Assembly (NCBI GenBank): GCA_043805415.1
Contig: JAZDHZ010000039.1
Coordinates: forward strand, 14,554-78,553
Source: Candidatus Omnitrophota bacterium
Lineage (GTDB): Bacteria; Omnitrophota; Gorgyraeia; B26-G9
DNA: 64,000 bases
Direction of reading: 5' to 3'
This document shows, piece after piece, positions 37,401 to 45,902 of this stretch. The notes beneath the pieces are model-generated. The model did no database searches. It saw nothing but the letters and a program-made list of their open reading frames with translations, and had not been told where the DNA came from. Position 1 is the stretch's first letter. Every line of letters starts with the position of its first letter. The position numbers were made by a program, and so were the translations under genes.

Positions 37401-38773
37401 TACCTCCTTTTGATTCCTCTGCTGAAGTATTTATAGATAGGGTTGAGGAGTATGAGCTAGGCGCGGTGGAGAAGTCGTTGGGGTTATTGATAGATGCGGC
37501 TGATAAAGATGGCATGCTTTTTGACTCTGTATATACAGTGTTGGTAAAGCCTAGTTTAGCTTCGATGTATAATGCCCGGACGCGGACAACAACGCATCCG
37601 GTTGTAATTGAGGCAATGATATCCTATCTTAAAAAAAGAGGAGTGCGCCGGATCATTTTCGGAGACGGAGGATTCCATGGCGGGAATATGGAAGAAATTT
37701 TTTCGGAATTGGGCCTCTATGATTTGGCCGCAAAATACAATGTTACGTTAGTAGATCTTAATAAATGCAAAGCGTATAACGTGAATATTCCTAGGCGGCC
37801 GGGACAGGCATATGAAACAGTTCAATTAGCTGATATGCTTAAAGATATCGATCTTCTGGTTAATATGCCTAAACTAAAAACTCATGGGCAAATGACTATA
37901 ACCGGAGCCACGAAAAACCTTAAAGGAGTTACAACCCCTTCGCATAAACGTGCGGCGCATCAGTTATTAAAAGGAGAAGTGGAAAAAGATTTTGGCCAAG
38001 AAGCAAAGCTGAGCCAGGCAATTGTTGATAATACTGTAGCTGTATCTATGGCAATACCCAAGCAATTGATTGTTGTTGACGGAATTGAAGGAATGGAGGG
38101 TTTTGGGCCTACGCATGGGGATATAGTAAAAAGCAAATGTCTTCTTGTCGGAACAAATCCCCTGGTAGTTGATACGACTATCGCAAATATTATGCGGGTC
38201 GATCCAAATGAAATCCCTTCGATACGAATTGCGCGTAAGCTTGGTTACTGGAAACCAGAACCTGTTATTAAGGGCTTGGTGGCTATAAATGAGATTGCCC
38301 GTAAATTTGTAATGCCGAAAAAACTCACGACAAAAGACTATGGTCATTTTGAAATAGTTGTTCCTGAGGATACGACAGGTATTTGCAGCTCCTGCATGGG
38401 AGTTCTGGCAGTTGAATATCAATTAAGTAAGCCGGAGTGGAAGCAAAAATGTAAAGAAAATGGAATAAAATTTGTGGTTTATATTGGAAGAATTGCGCCT
38501 CAGGAACCTTTGCCTGAAGGTTATTTACCGGTTTACGTAGGTATCTGCCCGCTTAAATATGCTAAAGCTAAGGGGTTAAAACTAGATGAGCAAAACATGA
38601 TAAAAGTTTGTGCTCCGGGAACAGCGTCTGTAATGGAGGTTATCAACTCGGTTTATGCCCGAGCCATTGAAACTCGTTTTCAGCTGCAGAATTTGCTTTT
38701 ACCCACTATCCAAAAAAAAGAAAAAAGCCGCACTATTAGCGAAGAAAATCTTGTTGTAGAATGTGCTATATAG
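31424..38773 (+). CDS. 2449-aa multidomain megaprotein. Its domains are: N-terminal signal/anchor; B12-binding-like + radical SAM domain; second SPASM/MoaA-like radical SAM domain; NMNAT-like (NadM-type) nucleotidyltransferase; two Nudix-fold (ADP-ribose pyrophosphatase-like) domains; DUF362 domain.
   Basis: It is one uninterrupted 7350-nt ORF. Hydrophobic signal-like N-terminus: aa 1-31. rSAM CxxxCxxC motif 1: 'HCPFNCTFC' (aa 407-414, nt 32642-32665), preceded by a Rossmann/B12-like domain (aa ~190-330). rSAM motif 2: 'DCPLRCRFC' (aa 741-748), with 'VTLTGGEPSYHP...RIRITSNGLGL' typical of MoaA/SPASM-type enzymes. Nucleotidyltransferase: HxGH motif 'GRYQPPHFGHLDL' (aa ~1056-1066, compare NadM 'GRFQPFHKGH') plus 'ISATQIRE' (ISxTxIR motif). 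Two Nudix-fold segments: aa ~1675-1760 and ~1850-1985, the latter with a degenerate Nudix box 'GGFANRYESAEHSIARKVYEKIGF' and 'HPDRDER'. DUF362 hallmark: 'VKPSL...THP...LKTHGQMTITGATKNLKG' (aa ~2030-2300). Confidence 0.8.
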   Translation: MQKSPKKFLKCIAVCLIQVLVLSNCNALALANTGCQAYDTLAPTLTVNMPAFMHAYKTSSDLLPLDLQGVSLKQVLLEYNTKDQLDELIRNASQKSSKDLFRELSNAVAQIGFANVSAKERYLFIKLLSKGKLDFLSDQVNLNPYIYQRLTKLFEDNSSISFASIAKEMLAAELDSGNTNLPLDAQRISGMPKILLVGPYRSELGDREIGAFLSPPLGVHRIASFARQFGVQADVYDIDLLGIEGLIEKVKKEKYDFIMFSVYHQTIANGLNGIHQVKQAFPDAIIVAGGQGIIDRGPINNVDFIFKHAPVDIMVRGFGEFSVLDMAVSLDKNNQKHNEFDDIPGLLFRDKRAAKAQMKYSTDDFRVVSYSMDYSEIPQDFYWQNNTETMGQRDILKMARLITESHCPFNCTFCSSRVFLDIAIDGIQPVLYLSPQDSINLLNKFIAAHPEVEAVYLHDDDFFLNKKRVAEFVYLIQQGKLNKDLKFFAQGRTDDLDKPMLRKLYDVGFRLISYGQESGSQKMLNALRKDSDVTASSDMLAQSYEVGIIPHINLILFPPKTTLADIQKTVEMALPLIEQGAHIAISGRVLVLPGASMAEEGYEIEYRSSEIAATGEIIQVPFLFKPVDPRMQEIAEKADSVRDSKVEALRKRYPELDRLPQQIDGLSYFWAVYSLADLATDKIEYVIHRLIQQEINEQRRAKKTARAFSLGEKVRLPDLTDMEIVTAHNENNAQLLIVSDCPLRCRFCINFEFTQDGVFRHKFLQWDEAEYRQLLKKLKKAGITAVTLTGGEPSYHPNLVDFVRVAKEEGLRIRITSNGLGLNKKILTDLQQAKLDNLTFSVFSFDEMQYRKISVPELALIQDKAGLIEPVLAAIKQNIKDALSVGLDPRLNVIITRDTYPDGTRHIINEARAMGVRKFQLKELSVEEGIRFTQDQYVEIDETILGELFPKVDFYKNPRFQTDDMKGFVSYNEADPNSIDLSVVLFSFEKAKRMNTVRDIFVNPFAPIERFATSGRDPKTSASALLKNGELIQLARQTVPAEENGKNLRIGFLHGRYQPPHFGHLDLIRKALEENDKVIVLVGADKADSEKNPIPQGVRVRALQTFFPQEIMEGSLIIAFNDDIQETEILKNVNWGQRYYNFVRELMPDGNITVYTGPEGDKGWWDRFSDVQVKRSEKRLNNISATQIREGALAMAPDLSYQLLREARQVEHEKPEFEWTELPEIIPEFMDDDAMHFGAGICLETDYNRFFKQAMPMLWADGNTGFARLAGFLSSFETPGSGFILRLPKLKREQSVYAPGMGLGICPQKRITALGEQKIIAQEAARELFPDLIVSPQWTQQEYDHYIYYHIASTVLSSLFSDIVALWHLSDEEVKKGLSLLPEEERYRSVGLLDLYRQVDSKLSEATLEKFFHALLELNISEDEQPLRDLVGQESKALEQIIERFSIYAKKDRKWFGALYSQRLLHPELNDWGKRQQKGVTYNKFISDFGGRNAKQKINSFLLHRFNSAMNWQKPFDPMANRSKALLNFLKSQEVIFFRFRGLGLTETGLSTKQELERIIEQLEKDMANEQWWDDNRVGLAISALRQCWGPMIDALHLRGFISAEERMIYLRYYPYQENRRFYGKRYNDTTVIEHAESMVSSTRGDIAEARIIDKHLERSRKYRATIKTHREYPTSPLVSTALIAETEDGSLLFEKRDGKLALPERFVLADSSLENNVDKLVDALGITRMNDMQFFDFATDPQRNERVYVYTAVANIKAKKYSAGKAIAVSKAVIDIEQITPEHREIIRKYLFGYNAVSRAHYLNNMRVDQATGSVVKQSVDPERDKRTAGVHAEFAGNGLTQPLIAADAIIEYVDAEGEDRGVLLVKRSGDNQWATIGGFANRYESAEHSIARKVYEKIGFKNIQFKKLLRLATHPDRDERLYVWAPAFVVKVQGELPQLKQDVIAYTFVKSEAELDKLLARKDGQGGVWADHYETLRNYFRQKSRNNKKVLPPFDSSAEVFIDRVEEYELGAVEKSLGLLIDAADKDGMLFDSVYTVLVKPSLASMYNARTRTTTHPVVIEAMISYLKKRGVRRIIFGDGGFHGGNMEEIFSELGLYDLAAKYNVTLVDLNKCKAYNVNIPRRPGQAYETVQLADMLKDIDLLVNMPKLKTHGQMTITGATKNLKGVTTPSHKRAAHQLLKGEVEKDFGQEAKLSQAIVDNTVAVSMAIPKQLIVVDGIEGMEGFGPTHGDIVKSKCLLVGTNPLVVDTTIANIMRVDPNEIPSIRIARKLGYWKPEPVIKGLVAINEIARKFVMPKKLTTKDYGHFEIVVPEDTTGICSSCMGVLAVEYQLSKPEWKQKCKENGIKFVVYIGRIAPQEPLPEGYLPVYVGICPLKYAKAKGLKLDEQNMIKVCAPGTASVMEVINSVYARAIETRFQLQNLLLPTIQKKEKSRTISEENLVVECAI

Positions 38774-39064
38774 GAATTCCAGGGACACAATACTTAATTA
38801 TCTAACCACATTTTTCTTAACATAAATTTCAAAAACTCTCTCTCTCTTAACCGTATCTTAACTATCCGCGACTTCGCATCCAAAATTTTCTGCGATTTTC
38901 TACTAAATTTGCTATTTAAGTCCAACCTATTTTACCTTTAATAAGTGATTTTACAATATTAAATCTTGTGTTAAAATATGAATATCGCAAAATAGATTTA
39001 CAATAAATTTTTTTAGAACTTTTTCAGTTTTAAAATGTCTAATCATGAAGAAAGGGGATAGATT

Positions 39065-42000
39065 ATGAGAAAAATATGGGGTAATGTTTTAATGCTAATA
39101 ATTGGATTTTTGAGTATTCTGCCTTTTGCTGAGGCCAAAGAAGCGGATATGTGTATTGCTTCTAAATCAATGGGTATTCCCAGCTATGTGGTTCAGGAGG
39201 CCGCGTACAGTGGTAAGGTTGAAGATGCTACGGTGTTTGTGGATACAAAATTAAAGATCGAGGTTTTGGCTGAGCAGCAGAGCAGCGTTCCTTTGTTTAC
39301 TCAGGACGTGGCAATGATTAAAACCGCTTTACCTAAAGGTGTCTTGCTTTTGCAGCGAGAAGGCAATTATAATCTGCTTTTTCCGGGCAAGGGCAGTTAT
39401 ACTGTTGGCTTGCAATTCACAGTCTTGGTTAATCAGAAAAGTGACCGCAATCTGATTAATCTTGAAGTAACTCAAGCCGCGATTTCTACATTGCAATTGG
39501 TGTTTGAGGGTACTGATCTGGACATCCAAAGCAGTCCGGCAATGAGCACGCTGATAAAAGCCAAAGGTAAAAGCACGGAATTTACCGCTTATTTAGGAAC
39601 AGCCAGACAGATTGAAGTCAGCTGGTTTGCCAAACCCACGGCTTTAGCAAAAGCAAATCTTTTGTTTAATTCTGAGAATAATACCTTGATTACCATATCC
39701 TCGGGAGTGATTAATACCCGCACTTTTTTAAATTACAAGGTTATTCAGGGTAAACTTTCCCAGTTTAACGTGTCTTTGCCTGAAAACATGAACCTTTTGA
39801 CGGTTAAAGGCGAAAATTTGAAAAACTGGACATTAAAAAAAGATAAGAGTAAGCAGATTCTCAGCGTGGAATTAACCAAGGAAATTTCCGATACATATCA
39901 ATTAGTGTTGGATGCCGAAGAAATAAAAGATAAGATCGAAGGTACTTATAGCACGTCTGATATTATTTCTTTAGACGCGGAAAGAGAAAATGGTTATTAC
40001 GCGTTTAAGGTAAAAGATGATTATAAGTTGCGTTCTTTGCAGCGCAATGGGGTCAGTCAGCTGAATATCGGGGAATTACCCCAACAGCTAAAAGATGCCG
40101 GAGACGGTGAAGCAAATATTTCTTTAGCTTATCGCTTTTTGCGTGATCCCAAAGAATTAGTGATTAATATTGAAAAAATAACTCCGGAAATATCTGCTCG
40201 GAATAATGTTTTTCTTGATGTCTCTGAAGAAGTAACGCGGCTGCTGGTTCTGACTGATTATAAGATTGAGAAAGCGGGGGTGTTTAACCTGAATCTGGAA
40301 CTTCCCGGAGATATGGATGTTATTGAGGTTAATGGTTTAAATATTGAAAACTGGAAAGTAAATCAAAAAGGCAATACGCAGGAGTTGGAAATACAGCTGC
40401 GTACCAAGGCAATGAATGATTATCGCTTATTTGTAAAAATGGAAAAGCCGGTAAAAGATATTTATCAGGATATTCAGATGCCGCAGGTAAATGTGTTAAA
40501 TGCCGACAAGCTGACTGGTTTTATTGGCGTGGCTTGTGAGAGCAGCATTAATCTTAAGACAAAGCACAGAAGCAAACTTACAGAAATCGCTTTGTCGGAT
40601 TTAATCCCAGTTCCCACAGGAGAAAGTTCTCCGGCTTTGGCCTATAAGTTTCTCACCCAACCGTATGAACTGCAGTTAGCAGTAGAAAAAGTTGATCCTC
40701 GGGTAATGGCTGATGTTTTTACGTTTTTATCAGTGGGAGAAGGCTTGGTATTGGTTAATTCCGCGGTAAGCTTTGATGTTTTATTTGCCGGGGTTGATCA
40801 GTTTGAAATTGCTTTACCTGATGATGTCAGCGGTGTGGATATTACCGGACAAGGGATTAAAGCCAAAGCTGAACGTGTGGAAGAAATGGATGTAAACGGG
40901 CAGAAGAAAAAAGTAAAAATATATACGGTTTCTTTGCATTCTAAAGTAAAGGGTAAGTATACTCTTTACTGTGCCTATGAAAAAGTATTAAAAAACCTTT
41001 CGGAGAAAACCGATATGCCGTCTTTACAAATCCTGGGCGTAGAACGTCAGACCGGCAGTGTGGCGATTGGCCCCAGGGCAAACGTGGAGATTGAATTAGT
41101 TAATATTGAGGGTGCTAGTCAGGTTGATGTTAAGGAATTAGCGCAGGATAAACTGTCAGGCGCGGACATTCCGATATTATACGCGCTAAAATATGTACGC
41201 TATCCGTACAGCGTGGGTTTAGATATTAAAAAGCATGAAGATGTCGCGGTTTTAGTGGCAGTAGTTGAATCTGCTAAGATTACAACTGTTTTGGGTAAAG
41301 ACGGTCAAATTATTGTTAGCGCAAAGTATCAGATTAAAAACAGGACTAAACAATATTTAGATATAGCCTTGCCAAAAAATGTAGAAATCTGGAGCACTTT
41401 TGTTGATGGCAAAGCAGTCAAACCAGCGAAAACAGAAGCAGATAAGATATTACTGCCCTTGGTTAAATATGAGGAAAAAGACCGCAGTTTTCCTGTGGAA
41501 ATAATTTATGAAGTTAAGCGTTCGAAATTCTTTATGTTTGGCAGCATTAATCTTACGGCACCCCATTTTGATATCCCTTTGACTAATGTTACCTGGGATG
41601 TTTATATGCCGTTTGGCTATAATTATTATAATATTAGCGGCAATATGGAACTTGGCACGCGCGCTTTTGCTCAAGGCCGATGGCAGCCGCAGGAAATGGA
41701 TAAAATTGGCGGGATAAGTGGGTTTAGCGATGAAAAAGCTAGACGGGAAATGCCGAGAGTTGCCAGCTCGCAACTTAAAAAGCAGGTTGATTATTATGAG
41801 TGTGCCGATAGCCTGACTGTCTGTGAATCAAAAGAAGAAGCCTATAGTCCAGAGCCCGCGCAAAAGATGGATCAACGAAAAGACCAGGCTTTTTTCTCTA
41901 ATATAAATTCTCAGATCGCGCGTTATAATCAGCAGCTGGCACCTTCTAAGAACAAGCAGGTGGCAACAGAAGGCAGACAAAAAGGGGTATTACCGATTCA

Positions 42001-42208
42001 TATCACAATTCCGACTGGAGGCAAACTCTATACATTTTCCAAATTAATCAGTCGCGAGCAATTAAAGATAAATGCTTTTTATGCTAAGAAATTGGGCAGA
42101 CTGTTGTTTTTGATTATTCTGTTTACCGCGATCGCGATGATTATCCGCTATAAACAAAATATCATAAAAATACTGCAAAACCTGAGCAAGAAAAACAAAC
42201 CGGAATAA
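39065..42208 (+). CDS. large secreted, C-terminally membrane-anchored repetitive beta-rich protein (surface/adhesin-like), function unknown
   Basis: The 1047-aa protein has a signal peptide 'MRKIWGNVLMLIIGFLSILPFAEA'. Internal repeats of ~200 aa share '...(K/E)NWxL/V...KxxxLxVELxxxxxDxYxLxL...'. The C-terminal TM is 'LLFLIILFTAIAMII' followed by a basic tail. Confidence 0.6.
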   Translation: MRKIWGNVLMLIIGFLSILPFAEAKEADMCIASKSMGIPSYVVQEAAYSGKVEDATVFVDTKLKIEVLAEQQSSVPLFTQDVAMIKTALPKGVLLLQREGNYNLLFPGKGSYTVGLQFTVLVNQKSDRNLINLEVTQAAISTLQLVFEGTDLDIQSSPAMSTLIKAKGKSTEFTAYLGTARQIEVSWFAKPTALAKANLLFNSENNTLITISSGVINTRTFLNYKVIQGKLSQFNVSLPENMNLLTVKGENLKNWTLKKDKSKQILSVELTKEISDTYQLVLDAEEIKDKIEGTYSTSDIISLDAERENGYYAFKVKDDYKLRSLQRNGVSQLNIGELPQQLKDAGDGEANISLAYRFLRDPKELVINIEKITPEISARNNVFLDVSEEVTRLLVLTDYKIEKAGVFNLNLELPGDMDVIEVNGLNIENWKVNQKGNTQELEIQLRTKAMNDYRLFVKMEKPVKDIYQDIQMPQVNVLNADKLTGFIGVACESSINLKTKHRSKLTEIALSDLIPVPTGESSPALAYKFLTQPYELQLAVEKVDPRVMADVFTFLSVGEGLVLVNSAVSFDVLFAGVDQFEIALPDDVSGVDITGQGIKAKAERVEEMDVNGQKKKVKIYTVSLHSKVKGKYTLYCAYEKVLKNLSEKTDMPSLQILGVERQTGSVAIGPRANVEIELVNIEGASQVDVKELAQDKLSGADIPILYALKYVRYPYSVGLDIKKHEDVAVLVAVVESAKITTVLGKDGQIIVSAKYQIKNRTKQYLDIALPKNVEIWSTFVDGKAVKPAKTEADKILLPLVKYEEKDRSFPVEIIYEVKRSKFFMFGSINLTAPHFDIPLTNVTWDVYMPFGYNYYNISGNMELGTRAFAQGRWQPQEMDKIGGISGFSDEKARREMPRVASSQLKKQVDYYECADSLTVCESKEEAYSPEPAQKMDQRKDQAFFSNINSQIARYNQQLAPSKNKQVATEGRQKGVLPIHITIPTGGKLYTFSKLISREQLKINAFYAKKLGRLLFLIILFTAIAMIIRYKQNIIKILQNLSKKNKPE

Positions 42209-42392
42209 GCCGGACAGTGATGTGTCGCGGATAAAAATATAAAGCAATTAAATCGATTATTTAGAAGAATTGATTATGTTTGGTTAAAACAGTCTTTGCG
42301 GATTGACAGGATATATAATAGATGTTGCAAAACCCTTAGTTAGTGTTAATATGTTGAACAATGTTTATGTAGTTAAGTTCTAATATGGAGGC

Positions 42393-44306
42393 TTGAGCGC
42401 AATTTCCTTAATCAGTTTAAAAGATATTTCATTGGCTTTTGGCGGGCCGCTTTTGTTTGAAAAATTAAGCCTGCAGCTTGAGCCAGGTGAACGCGTTGCT
42501 TTGCTGGGAAGAAACGGGGTTGGTAAAACCACGCTGATGAAGGTTATGGCCGGACAGATACCGGTTGACTCAGGGGAGATTGCTTATCAAAAAGGCGTGC
42601 GGCTTACGCATCTTCCTCAGGAAATTCCCAGTGAGATTAAAGGCACGGTATTTGATATTGTGCTTTCCGGCCTAGGGGAACGGGCGAAGCTTTTAAGCGA
42701 CTATCATCATGTCAGCCATCAACTGCAAACTAAACATACGGATGGTTTATTGCGCAAACTTGATGATCTGCAGCATAAAATGGATCATAGCAATGGCTGG
42801 GATATCAATAATCAGGTTGAGTCCGCGATTTCACATATGACCATTGACCCGGACAGCAACTTTGAACAATTATCCGGCGGTCAGAAACGCAAAGCTTTGT
42901 TAGCCAGAGCTTTAGTCTGCAATCCGGAAATCCTGATGCTGGATGAACCAACCAATCACCTGGATATTGAATCAATTACCTGGCTGGAAGAGTTTTTAAA
43001 AACCTATAAAGGAACTTTATTTTTTGTCACGCATGATCGAACTTTTATGAATAATTTAGCAACCCGGATAGTTGAGCTTGATCAAGGCCGGATCTTTAGC
43101 TGGTCCTGCGGGTATAATATTTTTTTAGAACGCAAAGCCCAAGCCTTGGATATTGAGGCTGTGCAGCGCGCTCAGTTTGATAAAAAACTGGCAAAAGAAG
43201 AGGTCTGGGTTAGACAAGGAATCAAAGCGCGTCGGACCCGTGATGAAGGCCGCGTGCGTGAGCTTGAGCTGCTGCGCAAAGAAAAGAAAGCGCAGCGTCA
43301 GTTGATCGGCCAGGTTAAAATGCGCGCCGAAGAATCAGACCGTTCCGGACAGCTGGTGATTAAGGCAAATAATCTTGGGTTTTCCTATGGGGATAAATGT
43401 CTGATTAAAGATTTTTCCACCCGGATTATGCGCGGCGATAAAATCGGGGTTATTGGTCCGAATGGTTCAGGCAAGACTACATTATTGCGCATCTTAGTTG
43501 GCCAGCTTGCGCCGCAAACAGGGGAGATAAACATCGGCACTAAGATTGATCTATTATATTATGATCAGCTTAGAGAAGCCTTGGATGAAGAAAAGAGTGT
43601 TAAGCAAAATGTCAGCGGCGACGCGGATATGATCACAGTAAACGGAAAACCCAAACACATTATTGGCTATTTACAGGATTTTCTGTTTTCACCGGAAAGG
43701 GCTCAGACGCCGGTTAAGGTTTTATCCGGAGGGGAGCGCAATCGACTGCTTTTAGCCCGGTTATTCACCAAACCCTCGAATGTTCTGGTAATGGATGAAC
43801 CAACCAATGATCTGGATATTGAGACTTTGGAGATGTTAGAGGATTTGCTGCTTAAATATTCCGGCACACTGTTCCTGGTAAGCCATGACCGGGCTTTTTT
43901 AAATAATATTGCCACATCGACTATAGTGCTGGAAGGCGCGGGCCAAATCAAAGAATATCCGGGCGGTTATGATGATTGGCTGAATCAGCGTAAACCCGCG
44001 GAAAGTCTAGAAACAGTTAAAGATAAAAATACTTTCAAGCAAGAAAAAGGCAAACAGGATAAAACAGCTAAACCAAAAAAAATTTCCTTTAACCAAGAGC
44101 GTGAATTAAAAGAGCTTCCAAAACAGATTGAACAAATGGAATCAGAACAAAAGCAGATTTTTAATACCATGGCCCAGCCTGATTTTTATCTTAAAGATAA
44201 AGCTGAAGTTAAACAGCTGAATCAAAGAGTTGAGCGGATCAAAGAATCCTTGCCCGGACTTTATAAGCGGTGGGAAGAATTAGAAGCGCTTAAGGGGGAT
44301 GTGTAA
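42393..44306 (+). CDS. uup: ABC-F family ATPase (Uup/YheS-like, two ABC cassettes + C-terminal coiled coil)
   Basis: It has a TTG start ('MSAISLISLKD' aligns to E. coli Uup 'MSLISMHGA'). There are two Walker A motifs ('GRNGVGKTT', 'GPNGSGKTT'), two signature motifs ('LSGGQKRK', 'LSGGERNR'), no TM domains and a C-terminal coiled coil. Confidence 0.85.
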   Translation: MSAISLISLKDISLAFGGPLLFEKLSLQLEPGERVALLGRNGVGKTTLMKVMAGQIPVDSGEIAYQKGVRLTHLPQEIPSEIKGTVFDIVLSGLGERAKLLSDYHHVSHQLQTKHTDGLLRKLDDLQHKMDHSNGWDINNQVESAISHMTIDPDSNFEQLSGGQKRKALLARALVCNPEILMLDEPTNHLDIESITWLEEFLKTYKGTLFFVTHDRTFMNNLATRIVELDQGRIFSWSCGYNIFLERKAQALDIEAVQRAQFDKKLAKEEVWVRQGIKARRTRDEGRVRELELLRKEKKAQRQLIGQVKMRAEESDRSGQLVIKANNLGFSYGDKCLIKDFSTRIMRGDKIGVIGPNGSGKTTLLRILVGQLAPQTGEINIGTKIDLLYYDQLREALDEEKSVKQNVSGDADMITVNGKPKHIIGYLQDFLFSPERAQTPVKVLSGGERNRLLLARLFTKPSNVLVMDEPTNDLDIETLEMLEDLLLKYSGTLFLVSHDRAFLNNIATSTIVLEGAGQIKEYPGGYDDWLNQRKPAESLETVKDKNTFKQEKGKQDKTAKPKKISFNQERELKELPKQIEQMESEQKQIFNTMAQPDFYLKDKAEVKQLNQRVERIKESLPGLYKRWEELEALKGDV

Positions 44307-44388
44307 AACCAATACAAATCATTGATTTTCTGCTACAATATAATACCCGCAATGAAAGCGGGTTAGGGCGTTTAAGGCAGACTCAAAC

Positions 44389-44964
44389 ATGAAGGATTTA
44401 ATGCGTTCAAGCAATGGATTACAAGAGATAGATATCATCATTGATACCTGGGATGATGTGTTTTCTGATTTTGACCCCCGGTCATTGAGCGAGAGAACTT
44501 TGTCCGAGGATTTCATTATTGAGCTTAGGCAGCGGTCGCGTGAAACAAATAAAGGCGATTTTATTGTTACTATTTGCGCGCCAGAGTCTTTGCGGGACAA
44601 AAAGACGGAACAAACGGTTGCTAAAAGGCTTAAGCGGCATTTTTTACACAGATCGCTGGTGAGCCGCAAGACCAATGCGCATATCCGCTTGCGGGGTATT
44701 GTGTTTGTCCTGTGCGGGATATGTTTTCTCACCTTTTTAACCCTTGCCGCGTATTATAAATTGTTCAGCGATCTGACAATTAATATTCTCAGCATTGTGG
44801 TTATGCCTCTGGGCTGGTTTGGGATATGGGAAGGGTTTTCCAAAATTGTGGATATCTCGCCGGCGTATATTCAGGAAGAAAAGTTTTATACAAAACTGGG
44901 AATGGCGCAGTATAGATTTAAGTATCTCAGCAATGAGAAAGAAAGGCCAAAAGAGGTTAATTGA
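44389..44964 (+). CDS. hypothetical membrane protein (2 TM helices)
   Basis: The 191-aa ORF has a hydrophilic N-terminal half followed by two hydrophobic helices. No recognisable family was found. Confidence 0.45.
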   Translation: MKDLMRSSNGLQEIDIIIDTWDDVFSDFDPRSLSERTLSEDFIIELRQRSRETNKGDFIVTICAPESLRDKKTEQTVAKRLKRHFLHRSLVSRKTNAHIRLRGIVFVLCGICFLTFLTLAAYYKLFSDLTINILSIVVMPLGWFGIWEGFSKIVDISPAYIQEEKFYTKLGMAQYRFKYLSNEKERPKEVN

Positions 44965-45020
44965 CGAATTTTTAATATGGAAAAATCCATTCCTTCCTTT
45001 AACCTACTGAAAGCAAAAAC

Positions 45021-45902
45021 ATGAAAAAGTTGGTTTTAATATTAATTTTTTTTGTCGGACTGGATAGTTCAATTGCTTTAGGCGATATGATATATCTTAA
45101 AAGCGGACGAAGCATTGAAGGCAAGATTGTGGAGCAAACCGACGAATTTGTTAAGATAAACTGTCTTGAGCTCGGGATGTATGCTAAGTATAAGAAAAGT
45201 TCTATTGTAAAAATAGTTTTAGAAGACGCAAAGCCTCAAACAAATAAAAATCCCGCGGATGAATCAAAGCGGTTAACTGAACAGCCAGTCAGTCTTGAAG
45301 TTCTCAAATCCCAAATTATAGAACACGAAGGTTATTTGTTATATCTTCCGCAAGGGCTTGTAGCCGGAAAAGTCTATCCTTTGATTGTGGCTTTTGATCC
45401 CGGAGCCAATGCTCTGGCAATGATTAATTTTTGGAAACCGATCTCAGAAGAGAAAAAACTAATTATTTGCGCTTCAAAAAAATTTCGCAATGACTTGGAA
45501 AACTGGGTTAAACCAGAAGAACAAATGATCGAAGAGGTGCTTAAGGCATATCCGGTTAATCGCAAGCGGATAATAACCACGGGAATATCCGGAGGAGGAA
45601 TGGGCGCGCATATGCTTGCTTTTTATCGGCCGGATCTGGTTTTGGCGGTTATTAGCAATGTCGGCCGAATAAATCCTTTTTTTAAAACAGATCCCAAAGC
45701 AAAACGAGATTATCCGCAAAGTAAGATAGCTGTATTTATCGCCGGAACTAATGACTATAATTTCGCGGAAATGCGCGATGATCAGGAATTCCTTTCCAGC
45801 CTTTACTGGAAGACGAAGTGGCTTGAATTTAAAGGGGGCCACACTATGGCGCCTACCGAACTTTACAAAGAGGCCATATCCTGGATAGAACGTTATTGGT
45901 GA
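45021..45902 (+). CDS. secreted alpha/beta-hydrolase fold esterase (PHB-depolymerase/esterase-like)
   Basis: It has a signal peptide and a GxSxG nucleophile elbow in 'TGISGGGMGAH'. The N-terminus has a small beta domain ('YLKSGRSIEGKIVEQTDEFVKI'). Confidence 0.6.
   Translation: MKKLVLILIFFVGLDSSIALGDMIYLKSGRSIEGKIVEQTDEFVKINCLELGMYAKYKKSSIVKIVLEDAKPQTNKNPADESKRLTEQPVSLEVLKSQIIEHEGYLLYLPQGLVAGKVYPLIVAFDPGANALAMINFWKPISEEKKLIICASKKFRNDLENWVKPEEQMIEEVLKAYPVNRKRIITTGISGGGMGAHMLAFYRPDLVLAVISNVGRINPFFKTDPKAKRDYPQSKIAVFIAGTNDYNFAEMRDDQEFLSSLYWKTKWLEFKGGHTMAPTELYKEAISWIERYW

Noticed and set aside
31424-38773. Giant ORF as an assembly chimera of several ordinary genes
   Set aside because: A 7350-nt stop-free frame in ~60% AT DNA is essentially impossible by chance. 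Each recognised domain is in the same frame with plausible linkers, and no internal RBS+start pairs at the domain boundaries were evident. Assembly error cannot be fully excluded without reads, so this is flagged in the findings.
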